A stretch of DNA of 64,000 nt from Ruditapes philippinarum (GCF_026571515.1 NW_026863604.1:62001-126000), one strand, 5' to 3'. Shown: positions 39,491-52,761, counted from the first letter of the stretch. The notes: generated from the sequence alone by a model not told the origin. Numbers and translations: made by a program.

Positions 39491-41027
39491 TCGTGACCCA
39501 TGGTAACCAGGGAACAAAACGGTTGCCATGGACAACAGAACACATCTTCAACAACAGTTACCTCGCATTATAATGGCCTTGTTTTTATTTATAAAAAGGC
39601 AACAAAACTTTTATTTTATATCTTAACGATGCAGGTTTCATTTATTGGACAGTGATTTAACTGCCAGTGTGTCATTAATATGTCTTTTACCTAATTAATA
39701 CACCATTCTATTTATATTCGTGGATTTAGAAATAGATTTTTTCTTGCAAAGTTTTAAGAAAGAGACATTAAAGAGTGACTGGAGACATTTGCCAGTGCTA
39801 TTTTAATTTCCTAGTGGCACACAACAAGTGTAGATGCCGCTAAAAGGTAGCTATGGAAATTTAACTACATACCTCAAGATTTTTTGTGTGTTTATTCAGT
39901 TAATGATATCATGCATTAATACCTCATTGAAATTTTTAGGACTTTGTGTGAATTTTTATTCGTATTCTATTTTACCACGTCTTGCAGGAAGAAAACTGGA
40001 CATTTTAAGAAGTGGACATGATTTGTGAAGTTATTTAGTTACAATATTGTTGATGATTTCTACATGTTTGACATACATATATGCATGGAATGAGTTTACA
40101 CGCTTTCAGAAGGAAGTGTGTTAATTGGAATGACTTTCTGTGCTGATTAAGTATGTATTTATGTAATGCATATTTTTGTCTGGGACATATATATTAAAAT
40201 CAACATTTAAATATTTTATATGTATGGGTTTTTGTATAAATGAGAGACAGTGATGTTGAGCAAGTGTGTTTGTATTTTGACACACTTGGATGTTAAAATT
40301 TTGATCAGGTTGCACTCTTTAATTTTATCATTGTGTTTGACTGGTAATACGGTGTAGCAAGAATATCTTCTCGGGACATTGTCAAAATGTTGAATTTTGT
40401 TAAAATTAAATGCTCACTCAAGAAATTTTACTCTTAAAATGAATTTGATTAGTGACATACTGAAGGGCATTTTAGATTTTGAAAATTGACACAATGTCTT
40501 TTGTTACATTTTAAAGGATTTGATACATTAAGGAAAAACATGTGTTTTTGCATCATGTACGGATGATTGTTCTTAATATTTGCACTTTTAAGAGTTTTTA
40601 CATAATTATATTTACTGCATGTTAGTATTTGTATGATATATTTAATGCTAATTTAATGTCACCATTGTTACTGTAGATACTTCAAGGCATCTGTGTTTGT
40701 ACAGGTTGATTCAAGTGATGTGTAACAGTGGGTGGTATTTTTTCCCCTTCTTAATTTTGACATTACCATTGCCACCCCAAATATCTTAAGTGCACTTGTC
40801 CACCTTTTAATTGGCACAAAACAATTTATTACTGTTAGGTAAATTTCAAAATAATTTATGACTGAGTAGCAAACAGTGAGGGCCAGACTATGAAATCTGC
40901 ACCAGCAGGCTAAAGGTTCAATAGATGTTTGTTTGGATTTTTTTCTTTCAATATTACAAGATTAATCAATGGTATTTTTATAAAAAAAAATCTTCTAAAA
41001 GATCATGAGTACATATTGAAATGGAAA

Positions 41028-41182
41028 GCACTGACAGTGTGGTCAAAGTGTCTTGCCTCATAGATTCGAGCCCTACTCAAGTCTCAACACAATTTCCTCG
41101 TATGACACTGGCACTGGTGAATTCCAGGAAAATATTCAAATAAGCTTTCAGTTAAGCTTAGAAATATAGATAGGTTTAAACT
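41028..41182 (+). mobile_element. Diverged copy of the SINE at 2423
   Basis: Shares ttcgagccctac, atgacact..cactgg, ttccaggaa and gtttaaac. Confidence 0.6.
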
Positions 41183-42464
41183 GAAGGAAGATGGTTTCTA
41201 AATCTGTATGACTGCAGCAATAGACTTCCGGTAAATCAGCAGTAATGTGGATGACTCTTTACCAACAGTCACAGTGACTATTGAGGTTAAGTAGAGTGAT
41301 TTTAACAGAATAATTTATGTAAATTGGGCTTTGATTAAAGAATTTTAACTTATTTAATATCCATTTGTTTCAGCATACTGTGTAAGATGTAATGTCCTAT
41401 AATATAATCATGTAAGAATATTTTATTGACACATAATTCAGAAACAGTACTGTTTGATTATTAAAGATGATTTCCAAATCCCTGTTGCACATTATTTGAA
41501 TCAAATGCAAATCATTAAATAGGGCAAAATAGATAAGTACCTGCTGAATGTAGCAGCTCTGTATCATGTGACACACATGGGGGGAGTGTCATGTGACTTT
41601 GTGCCATGTGAGACATGTCAGATCACTTTAATGTTGTAAATTAGGCATTACAATAAAAGGCAGCATATAGATGACAATGATTGGATGCTGTGCTACTTTA
41701 GTGGGTCATAAGTATACAGTTAAACATGTGCTATAGGCTACCTTGAATTTTTAGTATACATATATATTATTTACAAAACAGGACAACACATGGCAATTTT
41801 TGACTTGCCCCGTGTTTTTAATGTGAGAATACATTTATAAGGACATTGGCCACTTTAAATTCTTAATTATTTTTATTTTTTCCTTATTAAAGGGATGTAC
41901 ATTAGTTGATAAAAATGTCTCTAATTTTGCAAATAATCTGTTGGAATAATACCAGGTACATTTTTAATTTTTATTCAAAATTGCTATGCATGTGGAACTG
42001 TAAGACAATTATCTTTGAAAAGAATTAACATTTTGTGTGTTTTAAAAATGCTATATAATGAAAATATGGGACACACACAGCCCTATGATTGACGATTTTA
42101 TTTTATTCTTATTTTCAAAATTTAACTATGTAATTTTTATATGCTTTACAATATACAATCTTAACATTTTTATCAAAGGAAGTTATTTATAGAAGTCTTT
42201 TATGTTAATATTTTCTTTAAAAAGGTATTCAAAGTTCTATTCATTATTATTTTAAATTCTATTTATTCATCTAGAAACAAACTGACACAAAAATCACAAG
42301 ACGTGAAGTAATCAAAAGTGTTATTGAAGAAGAAATTGGTATTTAAAGATTTTTTTAGAACGTAGAACAATCTTATATATATTGTTGTTGTTGTTGTTGT
42401 TTTTATGTCTAGTTGGTCACAATTATTGTTACTGATTTTTTAAGGTATGTTTACAGGGAAACTT

Positions 42465-42726
42465 GTTAAATATGATGTTTATATGGATCTTAATGAGTAG
42501 GACTAATATGTTTATATGAATCTTTATTAGGAGGACTAAGAAAAGCTATGTTATATGGATCTTAATTAGGAGTAGTAAGAAAAGCTATGTTTACATGGAT
42601 TTTAATTAGGAGTACTAAGAAAATCTGTGTTTATATGGATTTTAATTAGGACTAAGAAAAGCTATATTATATGGATGTTAACTTAAAGCTATGTTTATAT
42701 GGATCTTAATTAGGAGGACTAAGAAA
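42465..42726. repeat. Minisatellite, ~40-bp unit, ~6-7 copies
   Basis: (aggagtactaagaaaagctatgtttatatggatcttaatt)n with variants. Confidence 0.85.
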
Positions 42727-44814
42727 ATTTTATAATGTTTAGATAATGTTTTTAAAAAATGTTAGATGTTTGTTACCTGAAGAAATTAGCAATAAATGTG
42801 AAATGATTTGTCATAAAGGTAGCAAAAATGTAAACAAAGGAGTATTTTGACTTCCATACAAAATACTAATTTCACTATAACTGTACTTATTGCCAAAAAG
42901 AAACAAATAAAAAAAATGGTAATTGGCCAATGAGTTACTTTGTGGATACTATAAAAGAACACCAAACTTAAAAAGCTTTTGAGAAATAAAAATAAAAGCA
43001 TTTCTGAGGCATAATGGGCCTTACATGAAGAAATACAATTTTTATTCTTTATAACCTGATATGATTGACCTGATTTATTACAATGTGAACTTGGCTCATA
43101 TATTGTAACAGGTATACCTCAAATTGGATCTGTTTCAAGTTATAAAATTCTTATTTAATAAAAGGCCCTCTTTAAAAACAATGTCAAATAAGTAAATACC
43201 TTTACATACCAGTTTTTTACACATATTATTTGTTTATCAATATTCTCATATTTTGATTGTTCATACGAATTTTCATTGACATATTATTTGAGCTTTTTAA
43301 AGATGTTTATAAAATGGTAGATTTAGGTAGATTTCCAAAAAAAGGTTCAACATTGTACTTTAACGTTAGTCTTTTTCTTTTTTTTTGGCCTTAAAATCAG
43401 TCATTTAAGATTTCTGCTGAAATAAATAAAAAAATAAAACAGATATTATGTCATATGTTGTGAAACAGGTAATGATCAGGGAAACTTATGTCTTGTTTAT
43501 CTCAGATAAAATATACCTCATAAAAAAACTAATGGTTCAAACCTGTCTTACCCCTCATATGCTAGTTAATGGACTCTTCTGTATTGTAGAGATGGAATGT
43601 TCCAAATTTTTCACTTTCATAGGTAGGAGAGCAGGTGGATTTACTTATTTGGGATGTTCCATTTAGATTTGAAGGGAAGATAGGATTAATCAGTTTTATA
43701 TATATGCAGTGACCTCTGATATGTTGACCTCTAATGAATAGTTTTGTGTTTGATTGATTTGTATAATTGCTGCCATTACAATGTTGTATATATCAAACCC
43801 TTAACCCACTGAATTTGTATAATGAATTTGCCCAGCTTTGAATTTGGAATTGTCCATTCAAAGTTAAAGGGATTTCATTATCCGAATACAAAAGTTTAGC
43901 TGCTTATAGTAAAGAGCCTGGTCAGAGTGCATGGTGGTGGATGCCAGCTTTGCCCTATACTGGTAGCAAAGACTTAATCACTTTTGGTTCCTATAGGTAA
44001 GGTGTCAAAATGCTTTCTGGCCTCAATAATGTCTCTCAAAGTCTCATAAAAATGTGTCTGTTGTAATCTTGTCTGTCAAAGAACAGCTTTGTAAAGAGCT
44101 TTTCATATTCTTTTACCAGATTTTGGTTCAAAACATTTGTTCATATAGATCACTAGGAAATTACACATAGAAAATGTCAACACTGAAATATTTTAAAATA
44201 ATTTATTGTATGTTTCAAGAATTTTTTTTTGATGGATTTTATGTTTACCGGTCTTTTTCATATTCTGTTAGTTTGACATTTTTATGGGGAGAAAAAAGAG
44301 AACATTTGATATTTATCTAAAGTATTTATTGGTCTTAATGATTTTTTTTACGTCTTCTAGCCTTGGATTGCTGGTTTTGTTGGGTTTAAACGTCAGTATT
44401 TTTGTTTTTAGAATTGTTTCAACTACACAGATCAGTTACTGTTTATTATACTTACTGGATTTTTTGTCAGGCAGGGAAAACCTTCCATTTATATAGTCTT
44501 TGAGCACACAATTTGCCATTGTCAGTACAAGTTTGTGTTGTTTAGGCTATTGTCACAGTAATTTTATCAGTATTTAAAGTTTTTCTGTCATAAATAGATC
44601 AATAGTACAAGAAATTCTGATAAATTAACTCTTGACCTTCTGAAAACAAATGTTATAATATAAACCTTTGCCACTAGCATAGAGCCAGGCATGCCTGCTT
44701 ATCAATGCAGTTTTGCCAGGCTTGATACTGTTGGCTAACCAGCTTTTAATGATCATATTGATAACTTGATATCTCCCAAAGTTACAGATATGGAAGCTGG
44801 TCAAGTTAATTTAA

Positions 44815-45133
44815 AGGAACTCCACTGAGGTCCAAATGCCTTAAATTTTAAAATTTGAATTTCTTTCATAGATCAGCAGGGCCTTTTAAATCAGAAAGAT
44901 ATGCACAAGATAATCAAGAGAGACACCCTTAAATAAGTTGAAAATCGTATTTTTGTGACTCTTAGTCAGATTTAGTCCAATTTTTGGTCATATTTCACAA
45001 TTAAAAGTAACAGTATGGAAAAATGGAGTAAGCAAATGACCACAAGTTCTTGGTCTAGACCTACATCAATAGAACATTCAATCAGAAAATTATTTCAAGC
45101 CCCACCATGCCATAAAACTTCAGTGGAGTCCCT
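44815..45133. mobile_element. Kolobok-like MITE with TTAA target duplication, nested in an older element (~44625-45162)
   Basis: TTAA|AGGAACTCCACTGAGG ... CTTCAGTGGAGTCCCT|TTAA. Confidence 0.75.
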
Positions 45134-45423
45134 TTAAGAAGTTGCACAGGTTAAGTGGTTAACAATGAATCTAAATATTATTGATCATGAATGGTGGAGA
45201 AGTTAATTTCATTTGCACAAAACTGTTGATTATAATATCATCTTACAGGGAATAAAAGTTATGATTATTTTGTAATTGATATCTGTATGTGTGCATTTTA
45301 TTGACATTTATATGGCCAGTGTAGGTAATAACTTGAATTATATAACATAAAGTGTCATAGTGTATTATATCTTAATCATATATCTTTATATAATGTCATC
45401 ATCTTGTAACATTATAATTAGAA

Positions 45424-45640
45424 AGGGCTGCCACAGCCAAGTGGTTAAGTAAGCCGACTTAAAATCATCTGTTCCTCATCAATATGTTTGTGGATCCGTC
45501 TAGGCTATCCAGCTGGCTTATTGAAAGTCAGTGGTTCTACTTCAGTACCTGCTTGTGGCTAAAATAACGCACAGAGGGGCACCAGGCTTCCTTCTGTAGA
45601 GAGCTTGAAAATCACCATTGATCTTTATACAACAAATGTA
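45424..45640 (+). mobile_element. Diverged tRNA-derived SINE (second family)
   Basis: Head gccaagtggttaag; body atccagctggctta...gtggttctac...gaggggcacc. Related garbled copies lie at ~50905-51380. Confidence 0.6.
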
Positions 45641-46170
45641 ACACTTTAAAATGTCTTTATAGTTTCAAGTTAATTGGCAAAATCAAAAAATGATCAAGAG
45701 TAAGGACATAATACAATTAATGGAATAGCTAGGGGAGGTTCATTATAGGGAAATTAATCTTGGAATCTTTTAATTTAATGTAATTTGACTTATTATTTGT
45801 AAAAAAATTGTTAATTTGCCCAGATCTTGAATTGATGTAGGAATGAATACCATTTTAGACAAATGAATAACTTGATGAATATGATTTATTGGTTTTGTTT
45901 GTTTTCTCTCTCTCGGAGTTAAATTGGCTTTAAATTTATATATTAACTGATGAGGACTTTAATATTTTCATGGCTGTTTTATGTATGAAGAGTAGCTTGT
46001 AGGGAGAGATGAATGTACAATATGATGAGATATAGAAATGTTAAGTGTTGTGATATTGAGCTATTCACTCAATTCACGACAATATTTGACAAAGCAGCAT
46101 GCGAATATTATGTATTGTAAACATTTTGTAAGTTTCTCATTTTAAGACTTTTTGATCAAGAGTTTTAATT

Positions 46171-46389
46171 TGAGCTGTGTCACGACAAAACCAACATAAT
46201 GCGTTTGCGACCAGCATGGATCCAGACCAGCTGATCAGGATCCATGCTGTTCGCTATCAGTTTCTCTACTTGTTATAGGGTCTGTAAGCAAACAGCATGG
46301 ATCCAGATCAGACTGCGCGGATGCGCAGGCTGGTCTGGATCCATGCTGGTCGCAAACCCATTATGTCGGTTTTGTCATGACACGGCTCA
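46171..46389. mobile_element. Fold-back MITE (same family as 20649)
   Basis: High similarity to 20649-20885, with a small internal deletion. Confidence 0.9.
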
Positions 46390-47523
46390 TTCGTCTACCG
46401 GTGATAATGTTTGTTTAGATAGTTAGAGAGAGATGATGATGATTGATGATGATGATGATTGATGAATTTATAATGATGTTACATTGACGATAATATTAAT
46501 TTGATAACATGATAATTTTTTTTTTATGATTGACAATAGATTTTGTAAAATTTTGAAGAAAAATATATAAAGCATTATTTTGTAATGATTATAATATGAG
46601 GTTTCTTGATTTACCTTTTCAATGGTTTTGTAGGTAAGCTTTTAACATTAAGAATCCTTAGGGTATTAAATGGCAGGTTTTTTTTATACATCTTTGTTAT
46701 TGTGTTACATTTCAGGTATATTTGTGTTTTAAGACTTTAATTTGATATATAGAATTGAACTTGCTGTCTTAAATAAACATTATAATGGTAGTTGATGATT
46801 TCTGTCTTGCTATGACTGCAGAATTAGGCAAGTACTTCCCAGCAAGGCACATTTTGTTGCTCTTTTACTGCTTAGTAATTTTCGGGTGTTTTACAAAGAA
46901 ATTGTCGGCTGTCATTTTCAATAATTTTGTATTATGTAGTGTCAATCAAAGGTGGTCCCTTTGTGATAAATGAAAATATTGGTTTGCATTAAATTAACCA
47001 AATACTTTTATCATTAAGTTCTTTTTCTGATTTTTAAATCATTGATTTAAGAAAACAGTTGTAAGTGAATGTTGTTTTCCTTTCTTTTTTGAGAGTCAAG
47101 GATGCTGATAAGCCTGAATAAGGTTTTGGTACGGGAGAAATATCTCCTTGTGTCTTGATATTCTATAATGCCATGAAACTTTTCTGTAAATATTTCATGT
47201 TTAAGGTACTTCTTCATGTTAAAATAAGGCACACACTGATGGCAAACAGTGAAAATTGTTAACAGCTTCATTTGTGTTTTGCACAAGTAAAAAAAAAAGA
47301 TTCTACAGATTTTTTTAAGGGGAAAATCATATTTTTGATCAGGGGTTAAGAAGTGTAAAGCGTTTTGGGGACTTTTGTTTTATATGCAAACATGTAGAAA
47401 TACCTTATAATAGTTTAGAAAAGGAAAGTTTTTATGTTATGATGAATGCAATAAGTGCTAAAAAAATTATTTTTTTTTTTCAAATTTTAGGGTGTTTGCT
47501 ACTTTCAGGGTGTACAGACACTG

Positions 47524-48520
47524 TTTTTAGCTCGACTTTTCTATGAAAAGGGGAGCTATCCTACTCGCCCCGGCGTCGGCGTTGGCGTCACACCTTGGTT
47601 AAGTTTTTCGTACCACCCCACTTTATTTCAGAAGTATTACAAGTATGGCTTTGAAACTTACCATACTTGTTCACCATCATAACCTCCATCTACAGACAAG
47701 AGTACATAACTCTGTCAAGGTTTTTGACAGAATTATGGCCCTTTTTTGACTTAGAAAGTGTATTGAGCTTGGTTAAGTTTTTTGTACCACCTCACTTTAT
47801 TTCAAAACCATTGGAGGTATTGCTTTGAAACTGACCATACTTGTTTACCATCACGACCTTCATCAACAGACAAGAGGACATAACTCTGTCAAGGTTTTTT
47901 GACAGAATTATGCCCCTTTTTGACTTAGAAAATACATTGAATATGGGTAAAATCCACTTATTGCCTTAACCCTTTGAGATATTGCTTTGAAACTTTTAAT
48001 GCTATTTCACATCATTACCCCCATCTGTACGCAAGAGAAGGTAACTCTGTCAAGGATTTGTTTTAAAAATTAAGGCCTTTTATCGACTTAGAATCTTGGT
48101 TAAGTTTTTAGTACCAGTCCACTTTTTGACTGAACTGTTTGAGATATTAATTTGAAAGTTGGAATACTTGTTTACAATCATGATTCCCAAACATGTCCAG
48201 GAGAAGGTAATTCTGTCAAAGATTTTATTTGAATTATGGCCCTTAACTGTCAATGTTTTGTATTATAGGCAAGCACTAAAAAAGTTTTTTTTTCTTTCTT
48301 ACCAGCCCTCTTTTGACTTAAACATTTCAAACTTTGCTGCAGTGTTCAAGGGTATCACACAATTCAGTAAAATAATTCTTCACTAAATATCTTAATGCTC
48401 ATGGCCATTGTTCACTTTAAAAATACAGAGATTCTTGTATTGCCTTTTACTGCAAAAACTTTTTTTTATTGGCAAGCAATAAAAAAGTCGAGCGCGCTGT
48501 CTTACGGACAGCTCTTGTTT
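47524..48520 (+). mobile_element. Helentron-associated non-autonomous element (HINE/pearl-like) with ~180-bp internal tandem repeats
   Basis: Starts in a T-run; subterminal IR gctcgacttt / aaagtcgagc; (ggcgtc)n; central repeats; 3' hairpin gctgtc-ttacg-gacagc followed by tcttgttt. Confidence 0.8.
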
Positions 48521-48837
48521 CTCTCTGTTGTTTCATGTAAATGTATTATTGGCTCTTGCCCTGTAATTTTTCTCTCTTTTTTTTTTTTTTTTTTTTTTTT
48601 TAAATCCACCTTTCCACCCCTTATTCCTACTATGGTATGTTCCTAAAATATTAAGATGGAGGAACCTATAATAGATATATAGGGATGAAATGGTAGTAAT
48701 TACTTATCTACGAATCAATTATTATCATATTTATGTTGTGTATTGACAGTAAAAACAATATGCGGGTTATTATATAAAGGGATAATGTAAATTAGCGTAC
48801 ATACCCGCTAAAAATGTCTTTCCCTTTTGTCCCCCAT

Positions 48838-49040
48838 AGAGCCCGCGTCAGGGACAAAACCAACCAAAGGTGCGTTTGCAAAGCAGCATGGACCCAGCCA
48901 GCCCCCCCACCCTGCGCAGTCTGATAAAGGATCCTGCTGTTCCCCTATCGGTCTCTCCTTGAAAATTGGGGTTTTTGTAAGAAAAACAGCAGGGATCTGT
49001 TAGAAAACGCACTATGTTGGTTTTGTCTTTGGCGGGGCTT
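48838..49040. mobile_element. Garbled copy of the fold-back MITE
   Basis: Recognisable gacaaaaccaac...ctgcgcagtctgat...tatgttggttttgtc. Confidence 0.7.
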
Positions 49041-49930
49041 TTATATTCTCATTTCAAAATTCTTACGTCAGTGGGCACTTTGGGTTCTCACTTTTTTTTT
49101 ATTGGTACAAAAAAATTCCCTTTAAAGGGAAAAGTATTTAATTTTAAAACCCGGGGGGAAAACACTGCATTAATAAAAAGCCTCTTTAGTTAAACAGGGA
49201 AAATTTTTTAATTTAAGGTGAAATTAGAGTGTAGGACTTTAAAAAGAAGAAAAAAAAACGGGTTTCACTGTTTAAACCCTTACGTTTTTTTTTTATAAAA
49301 AAAGGGTTTATGTATTAATAATTTTTGGTTGGAAAAAAAAAACCAGCTGTATTTTTAATTTTAATCCCAAAAGATTGGATTCATATTAAACCGTTAAAAA
49401 GTTAATTTTTAAATACATGGAAAGTTTGGGTTATTTGATAGAAATAAATCTTTTTAATTTTTTGGTAACAAGCCCCTTTACTGACTTCCCTTTGCCATTT
49501 AAAAGAAACGGGGCCAAAAAGGCCCTTGAAAAAACCTTTACTTTTGGGGTTTTTTTCACTTCAAAGAAATTTTGGATATTAAAGTCCCTAAAACCCCAAA
49601 AATAGGAATCCCTGAAAATCAAAAGGAAAAGTCTATTTTTGCAATTTAGTATGGGAGAGGAAGTTTTAGCATGTGACAAATATCCTATGATTTCTTAAAA
49701 AAATTTTATTATGGGTTTTTGCAATTTTCTAGGGGCTTTCATTGCTCAATGTTTTTTTCATTTTATAATAAAAAAATTTAAAAGGGGGATGTGTTAAAAT
49801 TTTTCCCAAGAATTTTGGGGGCATTGGATTTTTCCCAAATTGAGAATTGATGTGTTTTTAAATAAATTTTTAATCATTACTTTACAAAAAAAATTAGCCA
49901 TAAACTTTTTAAAAAAAAGTTTTTTAGATA

Positions 49931-50154
49931 TGAGCCGCCCATGAAAAAAAACCAAAAAGGGGTTGCGACCAGAGGGATCCAGCCCAGCCCCAAATTTCGC
50001 GCAGGTGATCAGGATCCATGTTTGTTCCCCTACCCAGTTTCTCTACTTTAATAGAAATTGGCAGATTTCCCGGTAAATGCGCGGGGTTTTGTCGGGGATC
50101 CATGTTTGGTCCCCAAAAAGCACTTTGTTGGTTTTTTTTTCGTGACAGGGGTCA
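49931..50154. mobile_element. Garbled copy of the fold-back MITE
   Basis: tgagccg...gttgcgacc...gatcaggatccatg...tgttggttt..cgtgac. Confidence 0.7.
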
Positions 50155-51942
50155 TTTTTATTTTCACCCCTTTCTCTTCTATAGTTAGTGTTTTTTTGTT
50201 ATAAGCAGCCCCAGAAAATTTGTTTACATCTTATTTGGTCGACATTTGGAAGTTTTTTTATTTTCCTTTATTTTCCCCATTATAAAAAATTTCAGATCTT
50301 GTGCTTTTCACAAAAAGCTGTTCTTACTAATGATTAAAATAATTCATGTGGTATGGTCTAAAATTTTGTTGTTTGAGATATGCAAAACACTCAGGCTGGA
50401 GATATATTTTTCCATTGTTGGTATTATTTTTTTTTTTTTTATAGAAAAAAAAAATGGAGCTAGAATTCTTCCACTGTTGGCTGTTATTATTCAGGTATTT
50501 TATATAAATTTATTTCTTACTTTAGTACTGGTACTTTTAGAAGTTTGCTATTTAAATGTCTGCGTTATTTCTTAGCATCTGCTCTTAATATTGTGAAACT
50601 TTTTAGTAAAACACTTAATGCCATAAAATTTCTTGGACTTTCACTTGAAATTGTAAATTTTTTACACATGAACCTGTTTTTTTTTTTCGTTTTTTTTTTC
50701 TAAGATGATTTTAGACATTTTAGAGTAATCATTCGCTCTCATTTTAAAGCCATTGTTCATAATGATATTATATAAATGCTGATAGTAATGTGAAATAAAA
50801 TAGTGTTTGTTAATTTTGTGTTGTTTTCTCTTTAAAATTTGACATGTATTCATATCTACATTTATGTTATTACATTCATTACATGTCTACCTCACGAATG
50901 TACTATACATTTATTCAGACCACTTGCCCCTAACCGCTGTGTTTCTTTAAATTTCCCTTTTGGTTTCGATTATTTTTGTGAGGAAAATATCAGCCCAGCT
51001 TTTAAGGGGTTGGTTTGGGGGTTCTTTCTTTAGGGGGCCCGTTCGTGCCTGAAAAAAATGCACGGAAAAAGGGGACCCTTTTAGGTCTTCCTCCCCCCCA
51101 GTAAAAACGGAACGTCACCAAATCACCTATTTCTGTGTCTTTTTGACGTAAAAACCCAAAAAAAAAAAAATCTAATTCCACCAGGGAAATTTTGATTTTT
51201 TTCATGTGAGGAAAACTATCCAGCTAGCTTAAGGAACGTTGGTTTGCCCCACTCGGATTTTGGTTTTTTAATTTTTTTTTTTTTTTTGGGTTTTTGAAAT
51301 TTAAATCACCAATAAGGGGCCCCTTTAGGGAAACAGGAATTTTCACCATAGACCTGTACAGTATTGGTTTCAACATTAAAAACCCCAAAACCCCCCCCCC
51401 ACCAATACAAAAATATTTAAAAAAAAAATAAAATTTCTTTAGCCCCCTTTCCTCTGAATATTTTGTAATGGGGTTTTTTTCCTTCTATGACTTTTTTTAG
51501 CATTTCCCTTTTTCCCCGTTTAAGGGGAAAATTTTAAAAACATAATTTTAAATACTGAAGTTTCCAACAGTACAGAAACCTGGATTTGAAAAGGGCCGGG
51601 CTAAACTCTAAGTGGATGCAAGGCTGGTTTTACTTTGGGTTCCCCCGTGAATTATGGGTTAAAGGAAATATTTGAAAGTTAAACCCGAAAAATTGTGGGA
51701 CAGTTGTTTTTAAACCTTTTTGGAGGGCCCCAGGTTTTTTAATTTTTACTGTATTTTATTAAGTGCACCAGAGCCCCCACAACTTTTCTAAATATGGTCA
51801 ATTCTTTTAAAACCCCGTGTAAGTCATGGGATGTGCTTTTTCCAAAATTTCCCAAAAACAAACTACTTTGGTTTTTAGTAACACCACCATTTTTTTAGTT
51901 ACCCCCCAATGCCAGAAGATGTTATTTAGCAGCAGTTTGTAA

Positions 51943-52199
51943 AGAGTCCGTCCCCCGGGCAAAACCAATAATGGGTTTCGCCAGGGATGGATCCAAAACC
52001 AGCCCGCACATTCTGCCCCCAGTCTTTATCAGGATCCATTTCTGTTCGCTATCAGTTTCCTCTAAATTGTTATAGAGTTTTGGGAAACCAACACATGGAT
52101 CCTGATCGGCTGCGCGGATGCGGGAGGTGGTCCGGATCCATGCCTTTTTCGCAAACCCCCAACCCCTATGGGGGTTTTTTTTGGGGGACGCGGGCCCCA
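51943..52199. mobile_element. Garbled copy of the fold-back MITE
   Basis: aaaaccaataatgggtttcg...atcaggatccat...catggatcctgatcggctgcgcggatgcg. Confidence 0.7.
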
Positions 52200-52572
52200 A
52201 TTATTTTTTCTTGGCCAATTTGTCATGTCAAATTTAAAAGGGAATGGGTTTCAAACAAAACAAACAATGATGGAATTGACCAATAAAATAACTATTGCAT
52301 TTGGTTTCAACTAGATTCCAAATACTTAATACCGTACATGGTACTGTGTAAGAAACCTATTTTTTTTTCAAAGTTAACATTGCTATTAGTCCAAGCTTTC
52401 ATACAACTCGATCCCAAAAGAGAGAATCCTAATTATTGAATAATTATATTTTCACTAAGCGATATAAGCGTCTATAAAGTCAATTTTGTTTTTACATCTG
52501 GTTATGGTTTCTTTTTCTTGTTGAACACATAACATGCAATTATTTCTGTTACAATTTTTTGTTTAAATAAAG

Positions 52573-52602
52573 CAGGGTCTTTCAAATATTTGAAAGACCC
52601 TG
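52573..52602. repeat. Perfect 30-bp palindrome flanked by 7-bp direct repeats (AATAAAG)
   Basis: aataaag|CAGGGTCTTTCAAATATTTGAAAGACCCTG|aataaag. Confidence 0.85.
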
Positions 52603-52711
52603 AATAAAGAAGTTTTAATTGTGTCTGTATAAGCGTCTTAGTTTTTGGTATTTACTTCTATGGATTCTTTGTGTTAGTTTGATTTTCTTTAGGTACATTT
52701 ACCACACGTAA

Positions 52712-52761
52712 GTCACGTGATTCAAACCGCGGGAAAGAGTGTCTTTGTTGTTGGCGTGAAA
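52712..52761 (+). promoter_or_regulatory. MCM6 proximal cell-cycle promoter module (E-box, CHR-like, E2F sites)
   Basis: GTCACGTGA (52712-52720), TTCAAA (52721-52726), GCGGGAAA (52729-52736) and TTGGCGTGAAA (52751-52761), immediately 5' of the ATG of a classic E2F target gene. Confidence 0.6.

Noticed and set aside
39488-39655. Stop-codon readthrough extension of ACVR2
   Set aside because: TAA is followed after one codon by a second in-frame stop (TGA).
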